From Candidatus Saelkia tenebricola (GTDB lineage: Bacteria > Omnitrophota > Gorgyraeia > Kaelpiales > Kaelpiaceae), in NCBI GenBank assembly GCA_030765145.1, contig JAVCDA010000002.1, forward strand, positions 16,320 to 80,319: 64,000 nucleotides of DNA, read 5' to 3'. The notes under the pieces are model-generated. The model was not told where the DNA came from. It was given only the letters and a program-made list of their open reading frames with translations, and searched no databases. Shown here in pieces: positions 27,555 through 37,430 of this stretch (its first letter is position 1; each line of letters opens with the position of its first letter). The position numbers and the translations under genes were made by a program.

Positions 27555-30500
27555 GTGTTCTTAGAGAATATTCTTTCGTGAATTTCTTCATTGTGCATTA
27601 AATTGTCACATTCTTTAAAACAATCCATTTTTGCAAAATAAGGTTGGGTTTTTTTTAACAATTTAGCGCGAGCTCTAAATCCATTGTAGAGCTGAGAATA
27701 CCAGATGTCGTTGAATGATTGTAGCATAATGTTGCCCATCGGGTAATTTATACCTCTACAGCAAGGTATGATTTCTCCATTCCCCAAGAGGCGGGTGAAA
27801 AACCATCCCACATAACACGGTATCTTATCAATTCTGTTTCTGTCATAATTTCCGGTTGGGGTTCTTGATTCAATTCTTTCTTTAAAACCAATTAGATTCT
27901 CTATTTCTATATTGTTATCTTTTAAATAGTTTTCTGCTTTGATTAATTCTTCTTTTGATTTAATGTATTGATTTTCGTTTAAAAGAAGAAAATCAGTTTC
28001 TCCTTTAAAAACGTCTGCAAATGTAAAATAAACAGCATCTGCACCTGTTTCTTTGGCAAATTGTGCCATTTGGAATATTTTATCAAAATTATTGTTTGTT
28101 ATTACATTTGCGATAGTAACTTTAGTTTGTTTTCCCTTTAAGGAGTTTAATATTGTTATGTTTTCTCTGATCTTTTCAAAATCTGCAATTTTTGTTCCAG
28201 GATGCATTTGAGTATAAGTGTAAGCATCTGGAGCCCAAATACTTAGGGCCATTTCATCCAGATTGAGTTTTATTATATCTTTTAACATGCTTTCTTTGAT
28301 ATTGTAGAAATTTGTTGTAAGAGTTGTTTTTATATTTCTTGATTTTGTCAGGTCCAATAAATCCAGAATTCCTTCATAAAGCAGAGGTTCTCCCCCACCT
28401 GTAAAACGTATTATTCTTGCCCCCATACCAGATGCCTCATCAATAAAAGATGCCATTCTTTTATACGGTATTTGTTTGGCTAACCACTCAGGTGAAGGTT
28501 TATGTTCTTTAAGATGTGTAGAATACAACCAGCAGGCATTGCATTTCAACTGGCATTTATTGGTTACATCAATCACTATGTGCTCCGGACCCTGATAAGC
28601 ACATCTACCGTTAATTATCCCAGCAGTTAACTTAATGGGTGTTTTAAGCAAAGGTTTTTTGTTGATAGGTAATTGGGGAGCTTTTTTTCTCTTATATCGT
28701 TTATACTTTACAAATAGATTAAGAAAAAATCTTTCTACATGTGTAAGTGACATTATTTTTTTATGCATATGGATATTTCTTCCGATATCATCACAGCTTT
28801 TATAACAGCCAGCTTCTTCTGTATTGGGATCGTTGCCTATCAGTTTAAAAAAATTATCATTCTTCGCATAACAAAGCATCTTCTTCCGACAGTATATCTG
28901 TTTCGGCGAATTCCATATTTGAGAGAATTTTTCTTCATACAAATTACCTACAGGAAACCTGTGAGATTTAAGGCAGGTATTGATATTACCATCAGGTAAA
29001 ATCCTTGCAAATAACCAGCCTATATAACATGGAATAGCATCGATAATATTTTTATCGTATTTGGCTTCTAAAGTTTCTTTCTCCTTGCTGATTCTTCTTA
29101 AGAACTGGTCAAATCTAAAGAGATGTACTCCCTTGTAATCGAAATTGAGCATCATTTCTCTTGCCACACTTTGACATGTTTTATGTAATTGTTTTCTTTC
29201 CTCCCTATTTAAAGCTAATGCCTCAGTTTTACCGGGTATAGTATCTATCAGAGTAAATTCCACAGATTCACATTTTGTATATTGAGCAAATTCAATCATT
29301 TGTTTTATCTCATGGTAGTTTAAATTGAATATCACCTGATAAAGTTTTATATAAGGTGTTTTGTTTTTTTGTTTGTTAAGATATGTCAAATTCTCTTTAA
29401 TCTGTGCAAAAGTAGCTTCGGTTTTGTTAGGATGAGTTCTAGCATAAGTTTTTGGAGTTCCTGCCCAAACACTTACGGTTAAATGATCAACACCGATGTC
29501 GATAATACGGTCTATTTTTTCCTTACTTAGAAGCGTAAAATTAGTATTTACATAGCAAATAAGACCCAGTTTTTTTGTGTATTCTAAAATCTGCATTATC
29601 TCGGGATGCATAAATGGCTCACCGCCACCGGAATAATAAACCTCTTTTGCGCCAAGCGTCTTAGCTTCATCTAAAAGTTCCTTTATTATCGCTTTTGGCA
29701 GGTATTGTTTTTTCATCTCTTGCGACATTTTTTTTTCTTCTAAAAGAGGAGAGTTGCACCAGCATCCTATACAATCATTATTACAATCATTCGTCAGATC
29801 GATTTGAATATGAAACGGTCCTTTGTAGGCAAATTCACCGTCAAAAACACCTATTATATCCAGGTAGTGATTAATAAAATTTCTGGGGATTAAAAATTTT
29901 GTTATTCGTTTAAAAGTAGCCTTTCTTCCGTGTGTTTTAAAAGATTCTTTGAGCAGTTTTAACGGTTCTTTTTTTTTATATACACTCGACGGGTCACAAA
30001 AGCAATTTTTATCATAATCCTGTGTTTTTATTTCTAGTTCCAGTCTTGCAAAATGAGGAAAATAAGAACCGGAAAACAATTCGATTTTATGGGGCCCATT
30101 TTTAAGGTATACTTCTATTTCGGGAAAAAGTTTAAGGTGTTTTTTAGTCCAGCCCGAAGTAGAGCTTTTCATAATCTTACCAAAATATTCACCGTCTATT
30201 TTGATCTCAACAGGTCTGGGTATTTCAGCAGCATATTTACTGAAGAGCTTATAGAGACCAGGTTCATTAGTATCAAAGAGATATTCTGCAAATCCAAAAC
30301 CTGCACCGCCGTCTATAACAAGATTATTACCGAAACCATTATCTGCTTTGTTTAAATTACCCCGGGAAAAACTTTGAGAAGGAATAATAATCTTATTCTT
30401 GTTATAAATAGTTTTTATGGATGGCTGCTTTTGAAATTCCGTTTTTTTTGTATGTTCCAAAACTTTTTTATGCACCATTAAATTCATCCCCAGATTATCG

Positions 30501-33337
30501 CAAACTTTGTAACAATTTATTTTTTCGAAATATTTGTCTTTTTTATTCAGAAAACGCGTTTTATGCCTAAATTCATCATAAAGGTCTGAATTCCAAATAT
30601 GGGAAAATCTTTTTTCTTTAACATTACCTAATATTAATTCATCTGCTTTGCAGCACGGTTTTACATCACCATTTGTTGTTATGCGTGTAAAATTCCATCC
30701 TGCATAACACGGTAGAGTATCTATAAAATCCCCATCCAAATAAGTTGTTTCTTTAACGATTGAATTAACTCTTCTTATAAAAGTTTCGATGCCTAAAATT
30801 GTTAAAAGATGTACTTCAAACGGAGTGTTTTTATCTTTATCATAACAGGAAGTGCGTAAAACACATTTTTTACATGTATTGTCGGAAAAATGATATTTCA
30901 CATGTCTTACATCTTTATCAGGATAAGGTGTTTTTCCTGTACTGTAGTTACCTTTAGGGCATTTTGCCATCCTAATCCCGTTAATTAATTGAAAATTTGA
31001 GTCTATTTTCTTTAAAAATCTTCCAAAATCAGAGAGTTCTTTACGGTGACTAGGGTTATCATAAATCAATAAATCTCGATCTGATATGAAATCAGGTATA
31101 TAATCCGACCTGTTTTTGAATTTATTAAGTATATCTTCAATCTCTTCTGCTTCTTTTTTTGTAATAAGCAAATGGTCTGTTTTTCCAGGGATAGAATCCA
31201 TAAATTGAAATTCTAAATAATCAACACCCATGTTAAGAGCAAAATCGAGCATTTCAGGTATATTTCTGTAATTTACTTTAGAAATCACATTGTATATTTT
31301 AAGAGCAGGAGTATCGTTTTTTCTCGTTTTTATTAAATATTTAAGATTGTTTCCTATTTTTTCAAACATATCTTCGCTTGATCCAGGATGGGTTTTACAA
31401 TATGTCTTAGCATCCCCAGCCCATAGGCTTGCTGTAATGTAATTTAATCCTAATCGGATGAGGCGAGTAATTGTTTCTTTATCAAAAAGAGTGAAGTTTG
31501 TTATCAAATGACATCTCATTCCTCGGGCTTTTATATATTTAATAATTTCAAAAATTTCCGGATGCATTAATGGTTCTCCACCGCCTGTGATCTGTATTTC
31601 TTCGGTATCCAGCTTATGAAGTTCATCAACCAGATTCTTTATAACGTTAAGGTCAAGATGTTTTTGAAGTTCGGGATCCTGGCGATTTTTGTTTATAAAT
31701 GGTGAGTAAAGCCAGCACCCAATGCATGAAATATTGCATTTGTTGGTTACGTCAATAACAGCAATTTTAGGTCCGCAATATGCTCCGTTTCCTTTTAAAA
31801 TACCTTTAAGCAGATCATTGCTTTTTCTGGTTATATCCGTTATTTCTTTGGTTTTGGAGAATGAAGACATATGTTTTTTTACATTAAGATAAGAGTTTTT
31901 CTTTTCCCAGGCAAATTTAATTCCATAGAGTTTCACACAATCCAGAAAAAGTTTGAGTTCTTGCGGTAATGTTTTTTTAAGCAAAAGTTTGTTTTTATGC
32001 TCGAACCAGCTTCGATATGCTTTGTTTAAATAATTCTCCAATTCCTCAGGGGTGACATTCTCAATGTTTATTACCGCTGCTTTATGACCGTCAAATAACC
32101 CCCAGTCATTCGGTTCTTCCCAGCCTCGCTCTTTAAGAATATTAAAATAACTTGTTCCGGGAAATGGTGTTGTTATTGAGAACTGAACGGAATAGGGATT
32201 CAATTTTTTTGCTAAGTCAATTGTTTCTTCTATTGTTTCTTTTGTTTCGCCCGGCAAACCGAATGTAAAGGTTAGATGAGTTTTAATCCCCAGCTTGTTT
32301 GTTAAATGTATCATTTTTACAGCATGTTTTAAGTCCATGTTTTTATTGGCGTTGTCGACTAATTTTTGAACTGCGGACTCAACGCCGTATTTTACAGAAT
32401 AAAGACCTGATGAGCGAAGCTCACATAGTAGCTCTTCGTCCATTAAATCAGGCCTTGCCATAATTGCCCAAGGGAATTTTAATTTCCTATTTTTTATTTC
32501 TTTGGCAATGTTAATAAGAAATTTCTTATTAACATTTGCTGTATCATCGTCTATATAAATAGATTTAAATCCCATTTCTTTTATTAGATATTCCATTTCA
32601 TCTACAACTTTATAAGGATTGCGTAATCGGTAAGTACTACCTTGATACATAATGTGCGGCCAGAGACAAAAAATACATTCATAAGGACATCCTCTTGAGG
32701 CCCACATCTGAACAGATGGAAGAGGCATGCCTCCAGGAGCATCAACGTAGTTTTGCATTTGGATATTATTTCTATGTGGCCAGGGTAATGAGTCCAATTC
32801 TTTTATAAGAGGCCTGGGGTGGTTTTTACACAATTGCCCGGAGTGCCTGTATATCAATCCTTTAACAGATGAAAAATCCTTATTCTGTTTTATTGTTTGC
32901 GCTAATTCAAGAAGAGTTTCTTCATATTCTCCTACCATTACAAAATCTATAAAAGGTTTGTTTTCTAAAAACGACAAGTTTCTCATGTTGTATTCAGGTC
33001 CACATACAACAATCGGTGCGATATTTCTCAATTGTTCTAACAGAGATAAGTCATACTGTAATGATGGTGTTGATGTCTCTGCTACAATTAGATCAGGATT
33101 TTTTTGTTTTAAGAGTTTCATGAAATCTGATATTTCAATCTGTTCTGCAATAGCGTCTATAAACTCTGCCTGAAATCCATTTTTTATAAGTAAAGAAGTA
33201 GCATATCCCAGGAAAAATGGATAAGGTAAATAGTCTTTCTCGCTATAAGGATGTTTTAGATGAGGCCACCTGGATCCGGCTCGCACTCCCCAAAGGCCGT
33301 TACTTTTCCAGGGCATATTGGTAATTATTATTTTCAT
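27551..33337 (-). CDS. giant four-module radical SAM protein (B12-binding class B rSAM + three paralogous SPASM-domain rSAM modules)
   Basis: There are four CxxxCxxC motifs: CPYECIFC (in a B12-binding module, N-terminal ~470 aa), CNISCIGC, CNNDCIGC and CQLKCNAC. Each of the latter three is followed by GGGEP and a SPASM-like Cys cluster (CY.GW.F.R....G...PCC...C...C). The three SPASM modules are mutually similar, indicating internal triplication. There is a 4-nt overlap with the downstream rSAM gene. Confidence 0.85.
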   Translation of the reverse strand: MKIIITNMPWKSNGLWGVRAGSRWPHLKHPYSEKDYLPYPFFLGYATSLLIKNGFQAEFIDAIAEQIEISDFMKLLKQKNPDLIVAETSTPSLQYDLSLLEQLRNIAPIVVCGPEYNMRNLSFLENKPFIDFVMVGEYEETLLELAQTIKQNKDFSSVKGLIYRHSGQLCKNHPRPLIKELDSLPWPHRNNIQMQNYVDAPGGMPLPSVQMWASRGCPYECIFCLWPHIMYQGSTYRLRNPYKVVDEMEYLIKEMGFKSIYIDDDTANVNKKFLINIAKEIKNRKLKFPWAIMARPDLMDEELLCELRSSGLYSVKYGVESAVQKLVDNANKNMDLKHAVKMIHLTNKLGIKTHLTFTFGLPGETKETIEETIDLAKKLNPYSVQFSITTPFPGTSYFNILKERGWEEPNDWGLFDGHKAAVINIENVTPEELENYLNKAYRSWFEHKNKLLLKKTLPQELKLFLDCVKLYGIKFAWEKKNSYLNVKKHMSSFSKTKEITDITRKSNDLLKGILKGNGAYCGPKIAVIDVTNKCNISCIGCWLYSPFINKNRQDPELQKHLDLNVIKNLVDELHKLDTEEIQITGGGEPLMHPEIFEIIKYIKARGMRCHLITNFTLFDKETITRLIRLGLNYITASLWAGDAKTYCKTHPGSSEDMFEKIGNNLKYLIKTRKNDTPALKIYNVISKVNYRNIPEMLDFALNMGVDYLEFQFMDSIPGKTDHLLITKKEAEEIEDILNKFKNRSDYIPDFISDRDLLIYDNPSHRKELSDFGRFLKKIDSNFQLINGIRMAKCPKGNYSTGKTPYPDKDVRHVKYHFSDNTCKKCVLRTSCYDKDKNTPFEVHLLTILGIETFIRRVNSIVKETTYLDGDFIDTLPCYAGWNFTRITTNGDVKPCCKADELILGNVKEKRFSHIWNSDLYDEFRHKTRFLNKKDKYFEKINCYKVCDNLGMNLMVHKKVLEHTKKTEFQKQPSIKTIYNKNKIIIPSQSFSRGNLNKADNGFGNNLVIDGGAGFGFAEYLFDTNEPGLYKLFSKYAAEIPRPVEIKIDGEYFGKIMKSSTSGWTKKHLKLFPEIEVYLKNGPHKIELFSGSYFPHFARLELEIKTQDYDKNCFCDPSSVYKKKEPLKLLKESFKTHGRKATFKRITKFLIPRNFINHYLDIIGVFDGEFAYKGPFHIQIDLTNDCNNDCIGCWCNSPLLEEKKMSQEMKKQYLPKAIIKELLDEAKTLGAKEVYYSGGGEPFMHPEIMQILEYTKKLGLICYVNTNFTLLSKEKIDRIIDIGVDHLTVSVWAGTPKTYARTHPNKTEATFAQIKENLTYLNKQKNKTPYIKLYQVIFNLNYHEIKQMIEFAQYTKCESVEFTLIDTIPGKTEALALNREERKQLHKTCQSVAREMMLNFDYKGVHLFRFDQFLRRISKEKETLEAKYDKNIIDAIPCYIGWLFARILPDGNINTCLKSHRFPVGNLYEEKFSQIWNSPKQIYCRKKMLCYAKNDNFFKLIGNDPNTEEAGCYKSCDDIGRNIHMHKKIMSLTHVERFFLNLFVKYKRYKRKKAPQLPINKKPLLKTPIKLTAGIINGRCAYQGPEHIVIDVTNKCQLKCNACWLYSTHLKEHKPSPEWLAKQIPYKRMASFIDEASGMGARIIRFTGGGEPLLYEGILDLLDLTKSRNIKTTLTTNFYNIKESMLKDIIKLNLDEMALSIWAPDAYTYTQMHPGTKIADFEKIRENITILNSLKGKQTKVTIANVITNNNFDKIFQMAQFAKETGADAVYFTFADVFKGETDFLLLNENQYIKSKEELIKAENYLKDNNIEIENLIGFKERIESRTPTGNYDRNRIDKIPCYVGWFFTRLLGNGEIIPCCRGINYPMGNIMLQSFNDIWYSQLYNGFRARAKLLKKTQPYFAKMDCFKECDNLMHNEEIHERIFSKNT

Positions 33338-34098
33338 TACACGTTAAATTCCAACACGATTTTAAAAATTTTATGACAGCCTGCATTATATATCTTCTCG
33401 TTTAGTAATGCAGCCTGAACAAAATATCCGTTTGAGAATCTGGTTGTATTTTGGATGATTATTTGTGATACATTAATAGAGTCAATAATAGAAAATTTTA
33501 ATTTTCCAATCTCTGAAGAATTATCCCTAATTTTAAACGAAACTTCTTTTTCGTTTAGTGGAAATTTAACAATATTTTTAATATTGGTTGTTTTAGGTAG
33601 AGAAAACTCTCTATTTTTCACCGATATCTGATTATTAATGCAAGTATGATTTAAGATGATTCCAGATTGAAATTCTTCGATAGAAATGCTGTTTTCCAGA
33701 TTCAAAAACACTTCCCATATCATTGTGTTAGATTTTAATGAGATTTCCCAGAGTTGCGTAAGCGGTAAATTCCACCAGTATTGTTTTACAAGAATTTTAT
33801 TGTTATTGAGTTTCTGAAAAGAAAATTTTGATTGGATAGAGTCATGATATTTATCCAAATTTTTCAATCTACTGCTTAATCCCACATTATTTGTTAGAGA
33901 TATATCTTTAAAGTTTATATGTATCTGAGTGGGATTAGCGGTAACCCTAATATCATTTGCATTGACAGATATTGTTTTTAAGCCTTTTATTTTTTTTGAT
34001 TTTATTTTAAACGAAACATAGTCCCAGGTTTTCATAAAAGTTAATAGAACACCATTTTCTTTAAAATGATGGAAAGTTTTTTTAACTATTTCCATCAT
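33337..34098 (-). CDS. hypothetical protein, paralog of adjacent gene and of Wzt C-terminal extension
   Basis: No signal peptide. It shares motifs with ORF 34082..34762 and with the Wzt C-terminus (DISLTNNVGLSSRL vs KNIILTKNLGLYSSIY vs QAITTDLGIFASY; QYWWNLPLTQLWEISLKSNTMIWEV vs GEWINAPHRQTWDFILTDNTLQWNIT). Confidence 0.45.
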   Translation of the reverse strand: MMEIVKKTFHHFKENGVLLTFMKTWDYVSFKIKSKKIKGLKTISVNANDIRVTANPTQIHINFKDISLTNNVGLSSRLKNLDKYHDSIQSKFSFQKLNNNKILVKQYWWNLPLTQLWEISLKSNTMIWEVFLNLENSISIEEFQSGIILNHTCINNQISVKNREFSLPKTTNIKNIVKFPLNEKEVSFKIRDNSSEIGKLKFSIIDSINVSQIIIQNTTRFSNGYFVQAALLNEKIYNAGCHKIFKIVLEFNV

Positions 34099-34762
34099 TT
34101 TCTTCTATCTTTATCGTAGTTTGTAAAGTTATAGAATAATCTTCTGCTATTGATTGTTGGGAAGGATTTATAAATAGCGTTTGTATTATTCGGGCGGAAT
34201 CATTAGGAGATGTGTTTTCTATGGCAATAAGAGCATTTGGTTCTGTTAGAGGAGGAACAATTTTTAAAAGCGGAAGTTTTTTTGTTTTATCTGCACTTAA
34301 TATAACTTCTACCCCTTTTATCTTAGGACTAGACCATATTCTATCCCATAGTAAACCGTTATAATTAGTAAAAAACTCAGGAAATTTACCTGCTGCATAA
34401 TCATTGATTTTCCAAGAGGTATACATCTCATTCAGCATGAAATTTTGCTGAATCATATTAATTGTAAAATTATTTAGATTCTTACAAGTAATATTCCACT
34501 GTAATGTATTGTCTGTAAGAATAAAGTCCCATGTTTGCCGGTGTGGTGCATTAATCCATTCCCCATAAAGTTTAAGCTTATCTTGAGTTATCTCAATAAC
34601 TTCCCAAGTTGCAAAACGGGAATCAAACCATTTTTGTTCATGATATATACTGGAATATAACCCCAGGTTTTTTGTTAAAATTATGTTTTTGTATGATAAA
34701 CTGCAATATCCCAGTAGAAAATCAATTTGAATGCGTTTGTTTTTTAAAGACAGTTCTTTCAT
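34082..34762 (-). CDS. hypothetical protein, paralog of adjacent gene and of Wzt C-terminal extension
   Basis: See the previous feature; 17-nt overlap with the downstream gene and 4-nt overlap with wzt. Confidence 0.45.
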   Translation of the reverse strand: MKELSLKNKRIQIDFLLGYCSLSYKNIILTKNLGLYSSIYHEQKWFDSRFATWEVIEITQDKLKLYGEWINAPHRQTWDFILTDNTLQWNITCKNLNNFTINMIQQNFMLNEMYTSWKINDYAAGKFPEFFTNYNGLLWDRIWSSPKIKGVEVILSADKTKKLPLLKIVPPLTEPNALIAIENTSPNDSARIIQTLFINPSQQSIAEDYSITLQTTIKIEENDGNS

Positions 34763-36621
34763 AGGCTTAAGGTTATCAGAAAGTCATTTTGATTTATAAT
34801 AGATAAAAATTTTATATTTATTCCGACATCATAGTTGTCTTTGACTATTTCAATAGTTGTTTCGCGGTTAAGCTTAATATTAAGCGGCTGAATTAAATTT
34901 TTCGTCGATTCTAATCTCAAATTGCTTGCCGTTAAAATGCTTGTTTTTTCTGTAACAGTTCCTTCTGTATGGTCGGTTGTATAATGTTTGTAAAGCAAAT
35001 CAGGAAATATGACAAAACCTATTGATATAGCAGGGGTTGATGAAGAGAGCTTAAACGTTACCTTGTTTTTATGTGTAGCAGATGAAAATAGAAGCGATGC
35101 ATTGTTTTTGATAAAATATATTGAGAATTGGGTGTTAGGAAAATCTTCAATATTTATGTCTTGGCACTTGAAATCTTCAAGCGCTTTTTTTTGAGTGTTA
35201 CTCAAGAAGTTTATTCTTTTGATAAGCGGTGATTGTATTTTTTTGTTCTGAATTAACGAATTGTTGATTTCCGTTAGTAAATCAGCAATAATCAGAAGGT
35301 TGTTTGACTGTTTTATCTGATGAGTATTTTTTTCTGTGAGTAACATTTTTAAGCTTATACTGGATTCAGTAACAGGAATTCGTACCACTCGCGCAGGATG
35401 ATTGAAATAGTGATTAAATAGTTCAAAACACACTGTTTTATCCGAGTAGGTGAATAATGAAACTTCCGGATAGTCTATTTTTGATTGAGGAATTATCTTT
35501 AAATGATTCGAGGACATTTCGCCTTGTTTATACCATTCACTCATTAATTCCTTATCTACCGGCGGTAGTTCTAAAACATCATTTTGCGTCTGGAATTTTG
35601 AATAGATATCACAAAACATTAAGTTTAATTCCATCTCAGGAAATTCTGATTCTAGAAAAAAACTTATATTTTCTTGGGATATTTTTATCTTGAATATACA
35701 TACTGGATTATCGGCATATATCCCTTTAGCTTCAATATAATCGAATTTTTCAGTTGTCTTCCACGATAAATCCGTAGAATATATTATCGCGTTATTTTTT
35801 TTATAAGAAGCAAATATGCCCAAATCTGTTGTTATGGCCTGATTTTTATGCCTTATAGTTATTCTTCCGTTGTTAAAAACCAGATTGGTTTTTTCATTTT
35901 TAACACAAGCTATCCCCCACAAATTCCCGGATAAATCTGTAAATATATTTTTTACTTCTTCCATGCTTCCTTGAGCAAATATTTTGCCTTTTTCCAAAAC
36001 AATGCATCTTTGACATAATAGATTAGCTAAATCAAAATTATGTGTTACAAGGATTACTGTTTTACCGCTCGATATAATGTTTTTTATTTTTATGATGCAT
36101 TTTTTTTGAAAATGAAAATCTCCGACAGCTAAAATATCATCTATAATCAATATCTCAGGGTCGGTATGAATTGCCAGTGAGAATGCCAATCTTAAGTACA
36201 TTCCCTGAGAATATGTTTTCAATGGCGCGTATATAAAATCCTTTAATTCTGAAAACTCAATAATATTATTTAAAACGTTTTGATCATGAATTCCATAAAA
36301 TTTAAGAACCATTTTAATGTTCTCATATCCTGTAAGTTCAGGGATAAAACCTGCTTCCAGTTCAAAAATACCCCGCACATTTCCGTTAACAGTGATTTCT
36401 CCTTTATCAGGCTTAATTATCCCCGCTATTGATTTTAAAAGTGTAGTCTTGCCTGCTCCATTAGACCCTAAGACAGCCAGTACCTCCCCCTTATATACAG
36501 TAAGAGTAATATCATCTATAGCTTTGATTTCTTTTTCTATCTGTTTTTCAGGATAGCTGAATTTTATCCTGTAATTTTCAGAAACATTTTTTACTGTAAC
36601 AGCAATATTCTCATTTACCAT
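34759..36621 (-). CDS. wzt: ABC transporter ATP-binding protein, Wzt/TagH/KpsT (polysaccharide exporter) type, with ~380-aa C-terminal extension
   Basis: Walker A GSNGAGKTT; signature YSQGMYLRLAFSLAI (the YS.GM..RLAF pattern typical of Wzt/TagH); Walker B ILIIDDILAVGD. The long C-terminal region is consistent with a Wzt-type substrate-terminus-binding domain. Confidence 0.85.
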   Translation of the reverse strand: MVNENIAVTVKNVSENYRIKFSYPEKQIEKEIKAIDDITLTVYKGEVLAVLGSNGAGKTTLLKSIAGIIKPDKGEITVNGNVRGIFELEAGFIPELTGYENIKMVLKFYGIHDQNVLNNIIEFSELKDFIYAPLKTYSQGMYLRLAFSLAIHTDPEILIIDDILAVGDFHFQKKCIIKIKNIISSGKTVILVTHNFDLANLLCQRCIVLEKGKIFAQGSMEEVKNIFTDLSGNLWGIACVKNEKTNLVFNNGRITIRHKNQAITTDLGIFASYKKNNAIIYSTDLSWKTTEKFDYIEAKGIYADNPVCIFKIKISQENISFFLESEFPEMELNLMFCDIYSKFQTQNDVLELPPVDKELMSEWYKQGEMSSNHLKIIPQSKIDYPEVSLFTYSDKTVCFELFNHYFNHPARVVRIPVTESSISLKMLLTEKNTHQIKQSNNLLIIADLLTEINNSLIQNKKIQSPLIKRINFLSNTQKKALEDFKCQDINIEDFPNTQFSIYFIKNNASLLFSSATHKNKVTFKLSSSTPAISIGFVIFPDLLYKHYTTDHTEGTVTEKTSILTASNLRLESTKNLIQPLNIKLNRETTIEIVKDNYDVGINIKFLSIINQNDFLITLSL

Positions 36622-36668
36622 AGTTTTTCCTAATTCTGTTTTTTACTGCATAATATTTTATAACAATT

Positions 36669-37430
36669 TCAAATTTTTTTCAGGATTGAATTCTCCATTT
36701 TTTTATATAAAAAATAAGCCAGAATCAAAAATAATACAGCAAATATGAAAGCGTAAACATTGCCTCTACCCATAAAAGATGAGTAGTTTTCCAGCAATAC
36801 GCTTCTGTAAAGATCTATGAAATATGAAAGAGGATTACAATAAATTATAAATCTAAATCTTAACGGTACCATCAGAGGATTGTAGAAAACAGGTGTTAGC
36901 CAAAATAAAACCATAAGAACTGTTCCTAAAATGTGTTCTAAGTCTCTGATGTATAAATTGGTTATAGAAATTATAATCGTAACTGCTGCCAAAAATATAG
37001 TAAAGGAAACTGTTGGAATAATCAAGAGTATGAATTTATATAATAAAGCAGGATTATAAAAAGCAAAAACAGGCAGAAGTACCGCTATTCCTATTAAATG
37101 TTGAATTAGATTTGAACATGTTACAGAGAGAGGATACAAGAGATGAGAAAATGGAAATTGATGCATCATGGGTTTTTCTCTTACAAAAGCCTGGGTAGCT
37201 TCCGTTGTTAGATTGGTAAAATACAACCAGGGAATAAGCCCTGAAAGAACAAAAATATGAAAATCTTTCTGATCTATTTTGAGTACTTTCATAAAAACAA
37301 ATGTTATAGCAATCATTAGAATTATAGGTATCAAACCTGCCCACAAAATACCCAGAAAGGTAGAAGCATATTTGAATTTTAAATTTCTAATTGTTAAATC
37401 TCTTAAATTCTCGATGGTTTTTATTAGCAC
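36669..37430 (-). CDS. wzm: ABC-2 type polysaccharide exporter permease (Wzm/TagG-like)
   Basis: Six TM helices in 253 aa; adjacent to and co-oriented with the Wzt ATPase. Confidence 0.75.
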   Translation of the reverse strand: MLIKTIENLRDLTIRNLKFKYASTFLGILWAGLIPIILMIAITFVFMKVLKIDQKDFHIFVLSGLIPWLYFTNLTTEATQAFVREKPMMHQFPFSHLLYPLSVTCSNLIQHLIGIAVLLPVFAFYNPALLYKFILLIIPTVSFTIFLAAVTIIISITNLYIRDLEHILGTVLMVLFWLTPVFYNPLMVPLRFRFIIYCNPLSYFIDLYRSVLLENYSSFMGRGNVYAFIFAVLFLILAYFLYKKMENSILKKI

